A DNA stretch of 64,000 nt from Moniliella sp. 'wahieum' (GCA_003971905.1 RSEE01000006.1:930001-994000); one strand, 5' to 3'; counted from the first letter of the stretch, positions 1 to 13,400 are shown. The notes: generated from the letters alone by a model not told the origin. Numbers and translations: made by a program.

Positions 1-489
1 TTGCATACATCTATGGACGCACAGGAGGTATATGTACCTCCTCAGGAAGGGGGCACAGTCGAGAGGTGGACACAGGATCTCCCAACTGATAAAATCACGC
101 CATAGTGCCCATACGGGCCTAGTGGGCCAAGGGCCCCCTAGCACGGCGTGAGTCTGACATCGACGCCATCCGCCCGAGGATGGCCGAGGATGGGCGCGGT
201 CTAGCAAGCGTGTGGGGACGAAGCGGGGCCTAGGTCCCATTCGATATTCAGTTGGGGCTGGCTAATTGGTCGGCCAGCTTAGGTCAATGGCCGGCGCTGC
301 GCTCGGCCATTCGGGACTTGCATACCCGGTGCAGCCATTCAATATTCAGACTCCGTCACAGTCCCTCTCGTGACGCGTGAGTCGAGTAACTCAACTGAGT
401 GCTGGGTGTTCCTCGTATTAATACCGCCTCCGCACCTTAGACGATCCAACCCTTTGTCCAACTTCATCCTGCTCACTACAACCAGCACG

Positions 490-1719
490 ATGCCCAAGGA
501 TGCGAGCCCAGAAGTTATGCCCGAGTTGGCGCCAGCACACTCTACAGCGTCCAAGGAAAAGTACGTATTGCTCTTTGGGGCGTATGACGTGGGAGACCTG
601 AGCCTGAGGGAGCTGCTGACCGATGCTCAGGTAGCTGTCGTGACCGGTGGAGGATTGGATTGGGGAAGAGTATGTGAGGCTCCATGATGGAAGCCAGGAG
701 AACTGACAAAGGTCGATGAATGTGATGATAGCAGTGATGGCCGCCACTCTGGCGCGTAACGGAGCCAAGGTGTACTTGCGTCGCGCAAGCTGCCCGAGTT
801 GGAAGGCGGCTGCGACGCTGGGACAGCTTTCCCCCCCGGGCTCGGTGGAGGGCCCCGCGGTGATCGCACTGCAGGCGGATGTGAGCAGCAAGGCGGGTTG
901 TGATGCTTGGCGCAGCAGATCAAGGCCGCGAGAGCAAGCTGGACATTCTCATCAACAACGGGTGTCACCTGGGGTGCTGTTATGGACGACTTTCCCGAAG
1001 CGAAGGGATGGGACCGCACGTTTGACTTGAATGTCAAATCCCAATTTTACCTTACTGTCGCGTACGTCGCCTCTACCCTTTCCGAGATGGGCAGCGCAGG
1101 GTGAGAAATTGACCTGTGAACAGACTTCTACCCTGTTGGAGAAGCAAGTCGAACACGAGTACGTCTCTCTGCTTTTGCTACAGTTGTTCTTGAACTTACA
1201 CTCACCCCAGATCCCGGCGTGGTGATCAACATTGCCTCGGTTGCCGCGATCAACCCTGCGGCTGAGAGCCCGCTCTCGGCACCTGGTGAGGGCACTTGGA
1301 GTTGTACGTTACCTTTGCTCGCACCTGTCCTATACCTGTTGTACTAACCCCCCGCTCTGCAGACCAACCGTCCAAGGCAGCTTCGGTGCACTCTCCGCAC
1401 GCTCGCATTTTCGTTGGCGGATCGGCATGTGCACGTCAATGCCATCCTGCCGGGTGTCTTCCCCAGCCGGATGACGGCCTACGGCTTTTCTGAGGCGGCC
1501 GAGATGCTGGAGACAGGCCAGCCGGACAGGTACGTCGTCCCATTCTCTCCCTGCGACCCTGGCAACTCTGACGTGGCTACTGTGGCGGCCGCACGGGGAC
1601 GCCAGAGGATATTGGCGGGCTGGTGCTTCTGCTGTGCTCGCGCGCTGGGTCGCACATTGTGGGTGCTGCGATTCCGCTTGACGGCGGACAGACGATTGCA
1701 GATGTTCCCCAAGCTGTAG
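490..1719 (+). CDS. Short-chain dehydrogenase/reductase (SDR), multi-exon, frameshifted in this assembly
   Basis: Pieces across frames: VAVVTGGG (Rossmann TG-rich motif), MAATLARNGAKVY, VIALQADVSSKAG, GWDRTFDLNVKSQFYLTV, HVHVNAILPGVFPSRMTAYGF. GTACGT donors lie near 562, 1062 and 1529. ATG at 490; 3' end approximate (TAG 1717-1719). Confidence 0.8.
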
Positions 1720-2265
1720 CGCGGCAGGCGAATGGATTGGCCATCTCGGTGCGGACATGGGCCTGATGGGCGTGCCGGCGTTAAGAGGGGTGTCTGTGCG
1801 GTGGGAACAGGCCGGCAGAGTCCGCAGTCAGGTAGTCCAGTCAGACTCGTGTGAGCTAGTCAGCAGCAGCGCTCAGCTCAGCCCCCGCAGTGCGGCAGAA
1901 GGCCAACGCCTCCATGGGGGAGAGCCGTGTCGCCGCTGGCCAGTGTCCACCAGACGTTTCAATCTCTCAATCCGCGCACCGGTGGTGGCTATTCCGGCCG
2001 CGATGGGCGGCCATCGCCTCGCTGGGCCAAAACCGCACGATCGTGCGAGGGCTCGCGTTACGCGTGACGTAGCCCCCCCAACCCTAGGGGGCGTGCTGCG
2101 GCAATATTTGATCAACACTGCCCTCCTGCCGCATTTCGTACCCAGCCGCCACTGCGAATGGGGCGACCGCGTTGGGGCCAGAGGTCAGGGTTGAGGTTGT
2201 CGCCTTGGCTTCCATCCACTCTGCTGCTCACCCCACACCCCAACCCCATCGTCGTCGTCGTCGGC

Positions 2266-3192
2266 ATGAGCTTCGCCTCGTCCAACCCTTTGCGCTCCTT
2301 AGCGAGGACGGCACTCCCGCCAGGCGCCTGCCAAGGCCGCCCCCAAGAAGGCTGCTGAAGCGCCCAAGCCCCGCGAGATTCCCGGTGCTCCCAAGCGCCA
2401 GAACAACCGCAAGGGCCCGGCCGCCCCAAGGAGGAGTCCTTTGCTGCTGCTGGCAACGTGCCCCGCGAGAACCGTCGTGCGCCCCGTGGGTATGTCTGGC
2501 CTCTTTCTTGTTTTTCTCGAGCAATACGGCTGACTTTTGGGACAGGTGAGACCCGTGGCCGTGGCCGTGGTGGCCGTGTCCGTGGTGCTGGCCACGGCCG
2601 CCAGTTCGACCGTCACTCGGCCACCGCCCACACTGACACGGCCAAGGACCGTCGAGCAGGGCTGGGGTTGGTGCCGACCCTAAGCGTGAGCTTGAGGCTG
2701 AGCCGAAGGCAAGGCTGACGCCAAGGCCGAGGAGGCTGCGCCTGGGACTCTCCTGCCGAGGAGGCCGCTCCTGCCGAGCCGGAGGACAAGACTCTGACCC
2801 TCGATGAGTACCTTGCCTCGCTCGCCGAGAAGAAGGCTGCCATTGCGCCCAAGCGCGAGATCCGCCAGGTGGACGCTGCTCCCCAGGAAGGCAAGAAGGT
2901 GACCAAGGCTACGGAGGCCGAGGAGTCGTACTTTGCTGCCATCAACAAGGAGAAGGCCCACAAGGCTAAGAAGGACAAGTCTATCGAGCAGATCGACACT
3001 GCCTTCTTTGCACCCCCCACTGCGGGCCGGGGGCGTCCCCGTGACGGCCCGGGCTTCTCGGGACGTGGCCGCGGTGCTCCCCGTGGCCGTGGTGCCGGCT
3101 GGCGGGGACGTGGTGGCCGCACCAACCAGGGAAGCCGTCAGCAGGACGTCAACCTCGGTGACGCCAAGGCTTTCCCCTCGCTCGGGGCCTAA
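2266..3192 (+). CDS. Stm1/SERBP1 (HABP4_PAI-RBP1) family ribosome-binding RGG protein
   Basis: N-terminus MSFASSNPFALL, then RGRGRGG..GRQFDRHSAT, KTLTLDEYLASL, RGG-rich tail ending NLGDAKAFPSLGA*. Intron GTATGT..CTGAC..CAG at about 2490-2545. Confidence 0.85.
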
Positions 3193-3950
3193 AGACCTGT
3201 TCCTTGGCGGGATGCGAAGTTATCCCCCGGTGTGCTAAGTGCAGCCCTTCTGTTACTCCCTGAACGTTGAGTGACCTTCTTATGAGGACACCCTCCGCTC
3301 TAGTTGAGAAAGAAAAATCTATCCGCTTGCTGCGATCGCCCTCCTACGCTAGTTTTTTGGACTTTGTCCCCATATGCGGAACATGCCTTCCCCCTGATCT
3401 TCTCTCGAATTGTCGGTAATCCCCACTGCGGCAGCCGCAGTTCGACGAATGAGGTCGGTTTATAGAATGACAAGTCAGTAGTATATGGTTGCCAGACTTG
3501 GCGGTGGCATGTCAGAACCCCCAGAGGCAGGGTGTTGTATCCACAACCTCGCTGGTGAGCTTTACTCGGGGCAGCAATCCTCCTCCGCTTCCCTGATTTT
3601 GACAATCGTCAAAAAGACAGCAGGGGTGTGGGTGGGCGCGCGGCGTTCTGAGTGCGCTCCATGCGCATACTGGGTGGGTTGCAGCCGGAGTCAATCTGGT
3701 TGGTGGTGCACCGAGTCATGTACTGCGATTAGGTCCCGGGGGGGTCCCCATGCAAACTCAAGGCCTGTCCTCAGCATGTGTAGCTTGTTTGCCCTCAGCG
3801 GACAATGCGTGGAGGATGTCTTCTTGTATGCTACCTTGACTCTGTCCCCGGATGTGTTGCCTAGCTTCCACCATGTCGTTTGAGCATCTCCTCTCTGGTA
3901 TCCACCGTATGTGCATTCCTAGTTCAAACAGAACAATGCACATGTGTTGC

Positions 3951-5261
3951 TTACTTCTGGTCTGCCAGCTCCACCACAAATGCAGTGGACAGGCGCACGA
4001 ACTGCTCAAGATGGTCCCAGGACCACCCGTCAACGGTGGTCAGATCGCCCGTGGTGTGAATGGCATGCAGGTTGGAATCGGCAAAGAGACCTTCGATGGC
4101 AAACGCAGCCGGCACCCCTTGGCGGGTCCAAGAGGCATGGTCCGAGCCCGCGTAGCCCAACTGGGTCTCGCCCCAGGGGATGGTGAGGTACGTGTCAACC
4201 AGACGCTCGATCACAGCGTTGAGTCCAGCATCGGTAAAGTCCGTCACGAGCCCCACCTGCTCCTTGGATCCAGGCTTAACATAGGCCGTCATGTCTTGCT
4301 GCAACATCGCCCGCACCGAACGACCTTGGGCAAGGTACTCCCTCACTACCTCTTGACTCCCGAGCAGGCCACCTTCCTCGGCAGAGTACCAGTGCCACTC
4401 CACGTCGTACTCCCCCTTGGGCGCCCAACCCGACGCCAACAGCACACGTAGCGCCTCCAGGATGGTGGCGGTGCCCGAACCATCATCATCTGCTCCCGGA
4501 GCAGCGAAGAACGGAATCATGTTGGTCGAGTCCTGGTGGGCACCAAGGATCACCACCGGCTTGTTCTCTCCCGCCGCAGGCGAAGGGATGCGAAGCACAA
4601 TCGAGTTTTGGCCCCACGGGTGCACAACCTCCCGCACTTGGGCTTTGGCGCGCGGAAACTGGCTCGCCAGCGCTTCAACCTGTGACAGAAGCCATTTCTG
4701 GCTCTCCCGCCCGGTCGACATGCGATAGTGGCGCGTATGGAAGGACGTGAACGTCTGCAGCGTAGCTTGGACCGAGGGGATCGAGATGTTGGTGAAGATA
4801 CTTTCCTGCAGGAACGATTGGTGCGAGAGCTTGGTAGGGAACGGCTTCTGGGGCACATGAATGGACTGCAGAGTAACGTCTTGCGTCGCCTCTGTCACGT
4901 CGAAAAACTTTTGCCCGCGCAAAAGTATGCGGTGCTTGCCATACTCGGTCGTCCAGAACGGAGCCGCATCGGGAGAAGCTGGAGGCCAAGCAGAGTCAGC
5001 GCTCAATTCAAAAGGGCGAGGCGGAAGGGACGTACTCTGGATCAAGCGCGGGGTGGTGAAGAACTTGGCGGTGCTCCAAACGTCCTGGGCGAGGGCCCAC
5101 CAGCCCAGAGGGGCGGGGGCAACTGGCTTGACACTTGGCGCAAGGGGCAGGGCGGCGTCGCTGCCGGCAACGGGCAGCTGGAAGGGAAGCTGCTCCTGCA
5201 CGGGAGCAGCCAGGGCCGTGGCAGCCAGGACGAGGGGAAAGAGTGTGGCAGCAAGCTTCAT
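3951..5261 (-). CDS. Secreted M28 leucine aminopeptidase (LAP1-like)
   Basis: Intact single ORF with signal peptide MKLAATLFPLVLAATALA and Zn-ligand motifs GAHQDS, PGADDDGSG, YSAEEGGLLGS, QQDMT, SDHASW, IHTTGD. Confidence 0.93.
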   Translation of the reverse strand: MKLAATLFPLVLAATALAAPVQEQLPFQLPVAGSDAALPLAPSVKPVAPAPLGWWALAQDVWSTAKFFTTPRLIQSTSLPPRPFELSADSAWPPASPDAAPFWTTEYGKHRILLRGQKFFDVTEATQDVTLQSIHVPQKPFPTKLSHQSFLQESIFTNISIPSVQATLQTFTSFHTRHYRMSTGRESQKWLLSQVEALASQFPRAKAQVREVVHPWGQNSIVLRIPSPAAGENKPVVILGAHQDSTNMIPFFAAPGADDDGSGTATILEALRVLLASGWAPKGEYDVEWHWYSAEEGGLLGSQEVVREYLAQGRSVRAMLQQDMTAYVKPGSKEQVGLVTDFTDAGLNAVIERLVDTYLTIPWGETQLGYAGSDHASWTRQGVPAAFAIEGLFADSNLHAIHTTGDLTTVDGWSWDHLEQFVRLSTAFVVELADQK

Positions 5262-5893
5262 GGTGGTGGACAGGAGCAGATAGATGGCGGGAGGCAGGGC
5301 GACGGGCGAAGCTGGGGCCAATCCAGCCAGATCCCACGCGGTCCATCCCAACCAGATCCAACCAGACCCAACCACGTGCTCCCTTCGGCGTGGTCAAGAT
5401 CAGCGATGATATAAGTAAGCGCCATCGCCGGCACTGCCCGGCACGTGACCCCGGGATGCGGCATCTGGGACCGGCCGTCGTTACGCTCCGCGCATCTCCT
5501 CGTCTCGTCACCAGCACCGGTCCCCGAGCGCTCGACGCAACACTCACCAGCAGGCAGCTCCGCTCGGCCTCAACGCTCAGTCAGAGCGCTCAGCTATGCC
5601 CCGCAGGACTCCTGTCCCCATCCTTTGCCCTGGCGGTTGGATGTCGTTCGAAAACGGCGTAGCGCAACGAGCATCCTAGAAACAGGACAGTGGAGTACTG
5701 GGGTTCTTGGACGGCTCAGTCTGCGTTTCACGCTGTAGGAAAGGGGCGGGTGCAGCTCTTTCACTCGTCTTCAGGCCGCGCCCTGGTCCATATCCTCTGT
5801 CAACTACCGGGGAACTTCAAATCGAATAAAGCAGGGGAAACGCGAGCAAACCAAGATCTTTTGCATGAGTACTACGGAGAGGAGGCAGGCCAT

Positions 5894-8800
5894 TTAGCCC
5901 ACATGGGACCCAGCACGGAACTTGGCCATGCGAGCCTTGCGCTCCTGTCGCTGCCGCATCAGCAACGCCCGTTTGTCGTCTTTGCTGGCCGTAGAGGGGG
6001 CGAGGGAGGGCGCAGTAGACGACGCGGGCGAGGAGGGGGCGGTAAAGGAGGAGAGCCCGGTCGAGATGGAAGGCGATGTGGCCAGAGGCGATATGGCCCG
6101 GACAAGAGGGGAGGCAGCCTGTACAGCAGGCGATTCCCTGAGTCCTGGGGAGGTTGTCCGAGGCAAGGGCGAATTGCCCATATGCGCAATGGGCGATACG
6201 ACCGAAATGGCAGGCGAGGTGGCGCGGAGTACTGGCGAGGCGAGGTGATGTAACGAGGTTTGCACCATCGGCACAGCAGTGGTGACCGACAGTCCCATTC
6301 CCATTCCCATCCCGCTCTGGGAGAGAGACAGGAGATCTCCTTCGCTTTCCCTTTGCGCCCCGTTCAGCAGGGGCGACCTGGGGGGACTCAAAGCAGACGT
6401 CGTTGTCCGCGGTGTCTGCGGCGACCGGGGAGCGACTGATACGGGCGATGCCAAGGATTCCCTCTGCGGCGAGGTGATGGAGATGGACGCACGCGGTACG
6501 GATGGAGGCGTCGAGGGCATAAACGGGGAGAATGTTGCATCGGTGTCGGCACAGAGGGGCCGGCTGGCGAGGCGGGATCGGCCGCCTCCTCAGGTTTAGC
6601 GGGCAGCACGGACGTTTCCTGCTCACCCAAGATTTCCGTATGGGTGGTCTCATCTGCAGCCGTAGGTTTCTCTGGCGTGACGGGCCTCTCCAGTTCGGCA
6701 TGCACAGCTGGCGTGGCTGGATGAGTCGGTAGCGCGAGGAGCTCCTCCTTATTAGGTAGCGCCGCGTCAGTCTGAGTTGCCGGTTCGTTCAGGACCGGCG
6801 ATTGGACAGGAGTGGGGTCCAGGGGATGCACCAGTAACACTGGTGTTGATGTTGTGGCGGCCGGGGGGGATGCGAATGCCGGGGTCGCCGCAACAGTAGG
6901 GGGGGATAATGGCATCATGTGGCTACTCCACCCTCCTAGTTGACTTACTTTGCCCAACCCCGAAGCCTGGGGGGGGGCGGCGCAGCAAGAGGTGCAAATC
7001 CATCCCCATCGCCTTCGTCCATCTCATCCCACCCATCGTCTGCATCCACATTCCCAGCATCAACAGAAGCCGTGCTCACGGTGAAGGGAGGGCTCAGAGC
7101 GCCCAAAGGAGCGGAGTGTGCAGGGGGCTGAGAAGGAGCCGGTTCAGGAGCTGTTTTGGGCATGGCAGCCTCCACGGGCTCAGACTGGAAGAAAGAGACA
7201 GGGTCCTCCTGGGCAGGGGCTGGATCGGCAGGGGCTGCATGTGTGGGAAGAATGGGTTCCGAAGCTTCTTCCCATGATTCTCCCCAATCATCTGGAAAAA
7301 GAGGTTAGCTCTACCCGTCACAACCCGCGAAGACGTACCATCGGTAACAGGGGCATCGAATGTGCTGGAGGAAGAAGGAGCGGGGGGCGCGAGAGGAGGT
7401 GGCATGGGAGGAGAGTCGGCCTCATCATGCAAAATCGTGTCGGCCAAGGAGGGTTTGGGCTTTGCTCCACCCAAAGCAAGCCCCTTTCGGAGAGGCATTT
7501 TCGGCGATGCGTGGGCACGAAGGGTGTTGAGCCTGGCAGAGGGTCGCGAGGGTTTCAGACCACGAGATACCGAAATGGCGGGGCAGGGCGTACGGCTGGG
7601 GCCGATGGGGGGTGGACAGACTCGAATGAGCCACGAGGGGGGGCATTCGATCCCATGGAAGACCTCGGCGTGGCAGAGGCGGAAGGGGTGGCCGCAAGGC
7701 GAGTAGCAGACAGGGACCACGACGCCAAGCTGCCAGCAACACTCAAAGCGGAAGAAGTATACCCCGAACCAGTGGATGCCCCGGGTGGCGCTTCCAATGG
7801 TTCCGGGGCTGGGACAACGTCGTTGACCGAAACAGGGAGCTGCTCAGCGGCGTGCTGGATCCGCTTCAGAAAGATGGAGGTAGCACGAGCCGCTTCGTCC
7901 CGCATTCGCTTGTCGTGATCCAAAAGACAGGGGATGATCACGGGGAGGGCCTGTTTGGCCAAGTCCTCTGGTTCAAATTCTTCTCCAGCCGCGATAAGAG
8001 CCAAGAGACCCGCCATGCGCGCATGGAAAAACGTGTCCTTCAGGGAGCGGGAAAAGGCTGGGACTAAGACTTGTGTTTTTGGTGATGGCGTTAAAGTGAG
8101 GAGTCAACTTGCCTAGAAGAACAGTGGTGTTGGTCCGGATGCCAGGGTCCGCATCGAGTTGCAGTTTGGCAAGACACCGGAGAAGATCGTTGTTCAAGAT
8201 GCGCTCGGAGAACTTGGGAGCCAGAGGCAAAATCGCACGCAAGGTGGCCTCGCGTAATTGAATTGCTGAGTCCCCCAATCCAGCCGAGAGTGGTGGCCAA
8301 ATCTTGTCTACTACCGTCTTTTGGTCGAGGCGATCGGGTAGTCAGGTAGCTGCTGGAGAAGCGCCATTCGCATGGCCCGATCAGGCGACGCATATGCCTT
8401 GACAACCGCAGGGCGCAGGAGACGTTTCCAATCATCATCGCTCATGGATTTGGACATGCGCAGGCACAGTGGGACCAAGCGTGCGGCTGCCATCGTAGCA
8501 CTTGGCCCCAGTCCCTGTGCCGCAGGAGGAGTCTCAGTGGCGCGAAGGAGGATGGGGATTCCATGCCACAAAGGGGGCCGGAAGTGTCTCAGCGGCGGTA
8601 TCGAGTGTCTCAAGGAGAGTCGCCCTCTCCCCTCAGTTGCCAGAAGGAAATTGTCGATCCCCGCGGCGACCTGGACGAGACGGTTGGAGGCAAAGTACCC
8701 CCCTGGTGCATCTCCATCTTGAAGGAATTGGGCAGTAGAGAGGCGAGAACGAGCATTGGGAGTAAGCATGCGTTTGAGGACCTTGAACAGCTCGGGTGGT

Positions 8801-9541
8801 ACCTTTCCTTGGGCTGGAACACCATGGAGTGGTGGCTGGGGTCCGTTGTACGCCTCGAGAGTCATCAGGGCCGTGCCAAACGAGTCAACCACATGTGGTG
8901 GCTGCCCCCTGGCTTCCGAGGGACCGATCGAGCGCATCTCAGGCGGAAAATTGTGGGAGGCGTCGGGAAGGAGAGATGCAAAACGGAAGTAGGCACCATC
9001 AGCGTCGGCGCTAGCTTGGAACACTTCAAAGCCACCCAGACGCCACTCGCCCGAGTCGGCGAGAAATATCGACTCTAGTCGTACATTTCCATGAATCGAG
9101 GCTGCATCCACATTGATAAACTTGATGGCGTTGGCAATGCGGCTGAGTCCCCACCCGATCCATTCGGTGAGGGCAACCGGATCACTCTTACCCTTCGGGA
9201 GAAAGCATCTGAGTGACGGGCACAACATGTTCCGTCGCAATGTAAACAGTTGTCGACGTCTCGGCCGAGTCAAGGAAGCGAAGCACATCGGGGTGCCGGA
9301 GAGTGCGCATACGACGAGCAGCGTTTTGAGCGAGAGGGAGCAAGCGCGCATCGTGGGCTGGGCGGTGGGTATCGAAAACAAAGATGGAGACGCTCTGCCC
9401 GTCGGCGCGGCGCACGCCTTCATGTAGCGACCAGAGCGTTTTCCCTTCAAAACCAACCACCTTTTCTCCAACTGTGTAGTTGGGGAAGGGGCCACTGGCT
9501 TTCGCGAGCACCGCCGAAGACAAAGACTTGAAGTATTCCAT
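5894..9541 (-). CDS. SCY1-like pseudokinase with HEAT repeats (Cex1/Ppk3/SCYL1 family)
   Basis: MEYFKSLSSAVL..LAQNAARRMRTLRHPDVLRFLD; IHGNVRLESIFLADSGEWRLGGFE; SPDRAMRMALL; LREATLRAILPLAPKFSERILNNDLLRCLAKLQLD..IRTNTTVLLGK; low-complexity C-terminus ending in a basic helix RQRQERKARMAKFR. Several frameshifts. Confidence 0.9.
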
Positions 9542-10458
9542 CGTGCGCGGTGGTGGTGGTGGTGGCGATGACGCGTGACGATGGAAGAGTTGCTTCAGGA
9601 TGAGAGCGGGCGGATGACCGGTGACCGGTGGCGCGCGGAGACGTGTGATGCGTGACGCGTGACGCGTGACGCCACATCAGAGCCAGGGTGGAAGCGCATG
9701 CCAGGAACATTTTAATTGTCATCATCGAAGTTTGCAACTTGAAGACTTGATCGATGATCGAAGGCCGATGGATGCGCTCAATGAGCCACCCAGGCTCGCT
9801 CAAGGTTAGGGCCACGGCTGAGGACTTCGATGCGAGTGGAGAGTGCAAGACTCTCGCCAGATAGCGAGAGCTGTCAATTGGTAGCTCCAGGTGAGGCCAC
9901 AGTAACAGGAGATGGAGATGGGGGAATGGATGAGGGTCTTATTCATCGAGGGGCGAGGTATATATGCATCGGAGAAGAAGACTGAGTAGGGAACATGCGA
10001 GCTGAATCACACGAAGAAGGGGAGAGTGGCATAGTCAAGGGGAGAAAACAGGTCTAAAAAAAATCAGGGGCCAGTCAACTTGGCGATTACTATCATGGAG
10101 CAAAGAGAAGAGCAACTGGGAAAGATCCAGAAGTGTAAGCCCCAAGGAACCCAAGGGATTGGGTGAAGAACCTCTGGAAATGTAGAGCAACGCAATCGCG
10201 ATGGTGGTGGTTAAGGTCTAAGCCTTATGCCACACTAGAGGAGACAGGAGTTCAAACAAGCCTGAGTATACACGTGGAGGCTTCGGAGGTCAAATCAGGG
10301 GTGAAGAGTGATGAGGCGCCTTGGCCTAAGTACGGGACCGCGGGTCCCAACAAGAAGCCCTCGAGAAGATAGGAGCGAGAAGAGTCGATCTGCGCTCAGC
10401 CAAACTGCGACACCGCCTCTTGGACCATATTTTGTTGCGCCAACAGCGATCGCTACTT

Positions 10459-13400
10459 TTACTGCTGCTGCGACCGCAGGCGGGCCAAGACCGCCGCCAC
10501 AATATCCGACGCTGGGTTGAGCTCGACCCAATCTAACCCGACAGTTGCACCTTTCCCAAGGCGTATGACGCCCCGAGACTGCGACGCGCCACACAATGAT
10601 CACAGATACGATCCGTCGATGGGAGTGGCGTTTTTGGAACGGAGATATGATGAGAGAGAGATAATATATGTCGGGAAGTGCTGTTAGTATTTCTTTCTCT
10701 GCCCGCTCTCTCACCCGAGCTCCGGGACCGATCGGTTGATAAGACGTACCTCTGCTAGCTGGGCAAACTCTGCCCACTTGGTCTTTCCTGCCCGCGTAAA
10801 CACCTGGGTGTCCCGTTGCTTCACCATTTCCGCCACCATAGACCGCCGCTGGCGCGAGCGCAGCGATGCGTCCGCACCGTCAGCCCCTTGTGACTCGTTT
10901 AATTCATGGAGCACCCCCACCAACGAGGCAAATATATTGAGCAGATGCGCATCCGGCGCTGGAACTAGACCTGCCTGGCTCCTGGCGTTACCTAGCGCTC
11001 GTTTCGCCGTAGCACGCGCCGAGCTCGATGCCCTCATGGCAACGGCCGTGCCCAGTTTTGGAAATTCAGACGAGACACCCGGTCCAGCTGGTCCAGTCCG
11101 CCCAGGTACCGCAGCAGTGGACTTGCTCAATCCGTTGCCGGGGTGCTGTTTTTGCTGAAAGGTATCCTGCAAGCAAGCTTGTACCACGTCCGACTCGGTC
11201 CGTAGCTGAACCATACTTTGTCCGCCCTGCAATACACATTTGACTACCTTGTTCCGCTTCCCGTTCGCGTTAGCTTTTCATTTTCTTCTTCAATATCCAG
11301 GACCACACGTACCTCACACAGTTCCATATACTCGGGCCATCCCTTGACCCCAGCCACGCCATAGACCGACGGGTACGTCTGCTCCATGTTTCCGCTCACC
11401 ACGTTGGAGAGCACCTTGAAGTCCGGAATATGCTGCATTTTACTAATGCGCACCATAGTGTTGACCAACGGCGACATAGAACGGACACAGGCCGAGTCAA
11501 CTGTTGGTTGGGCGCTTGGTGGCGGGAAGTTGTCCATCATCCTCTGAGGCGCTAGCTGTGGGGAAAATGTTGGAAACCTGGGCACGCTTGGACTTGCGCT
11601 TAGATTGGTGCTGGGACAGAGAAGATTGCCCTGATATGGGGGGTGTCATAGTGGAACTGTGATTCTCTTGTCCCGTCACTACTTCTTCCACCTTAGATGT
11701 GTCCTTCGTGGGGGTTGTGGCAGGGTGCGAAAGGTTTCGAACACGCCCTTGTGCCTCGCCCCCATTCTGTTTGAATAAACAGCTGAGGGTGCTATTGTCG
11801 GCCTTCGAATTTGTATTTACCCTTTCCTGCTCGGGTTTCTCGGCCCAGTGGGTCGATGAAGGAAGGGAAGTGGTATCATTGGGTTGCAGTGACGGCCCTT
11901 CCCGCGGCCATTGGTCAGATGATACGTTATTTTTCGACTGGGACGGGCCTTGAGAGTTTGGGTTGGAAAAGCAGGCGTGGAATCATTTCCTTGCAGTGAT
12001 AGGGATTTTGGTCCAGCAATATCTTCCAAACCTGAGGGAGAAGGGGGGGAAACGGTAGCTGCTGTCTCTTGGAGGTCATCAGCCTTACTGGCGGAGGTGC
12101 TGCCTTCCTGCAGTTCGGGTGAAGAGGAAGTGCAAGATGATATGTATGCCTTCTTCGGATCACGAGGGATGGAACTGCCAATATTGATGATGGCAGAGCA
12201 GCCGTTTCCCAAGTTTTGAAGGGCTGATTGGGGAACGGAAATGATGGGATCAGTTTCTTGTTGACGGGTCAAGGGCAACGACTCCGACATCTCCAGGCTG
12301 CCACGGACCACATCTTCCGTTTCAGCAGCTTGTTGATGGGTGGAAGGGTCAATGGTGGGACAGATTGTATCCCCTGCATCACTTTCTTTGGATCGAGGGT
12401 GAGAATTGTTATAGCGTTCATTTTCTTGCACCAGCAGCGCCAACTTTCTCGTTCCCTTCTTGACCGCTGTTGGTTTTTTCCGGAGTGCTGAGGAAGAGGT
12501 CTTTGAGCATTGCGTGCAGGGTGCCTCCTCTAGATCCCCCCTGCTGCCGTTCAGGTTTGATCCTGAAACCCACGCATTCGCTAAATCCTTAACCGAGGGT
12601 GCCGAAGTAGGGTCACAGTAGCTGTTCCTGGTCCCAATGGACGATGCAGGTGTGACGTGATAATTCTGTGACCCTTGGTTGACTCTCCTGCTTTTCTGGG
12701 AAAAGGATACAGCCCAAACGGAGTTGGGCTCATGATCCCGGACCACAGCAGCATTGGAGGATAAAGTAGGTTGATGATGCATCCCTAGCGGCCTGGATCC
12801 GCTGTCCACGGGCCGACGCCAGTTGGTATCGATGCTATGGGAGACAGGGGGGTGGGATGAGCTAGGTCGTAGGCTTTGTGTTCCGATGTCACGTGAAGAT
12901 TGGTCCAATGACTTAGGAGGCTGGATAGAGAGGGTGGACATTCGATCTTCCCACTTGGCGTCCCTGAGGGAGGAAGGAGAAAACAAGGGTGCGATTGCCA
13001 GTATATCTTGCTCCCAGTCCAAAAATCTGGTATCGCTGTTATCACAAGAAGGGATGGTGTGCAAGACGGTATAGCCGCGCTCGAACAGATGTGGAAATAC
13101 TTTCAGGGGAGAGAAATTGGTGGTAAGGATGAGGACGTGGGCTGGAGTTTGAATGCCGGAAATCAGAAACTGGGCCAAGTCGGACGTTAAAGTGAGAGAA
13201 GAAGTGCCGGGATCCGAGAGTACATGTACTCGGACTCCGATCTGGTCGAACATGCCCCACCACACTTGTCCTGTGGTCGCCTCCCCTCCATTGTTAGAAT
13301 GGAAAAGCATTTTGAGAGTGTCGGGATGGAGATACATGTTAAACTGTATGTTCTCGACGTGGTCATGGCCAGCATCAGCAAGACCATCTAGCAGGACGAT

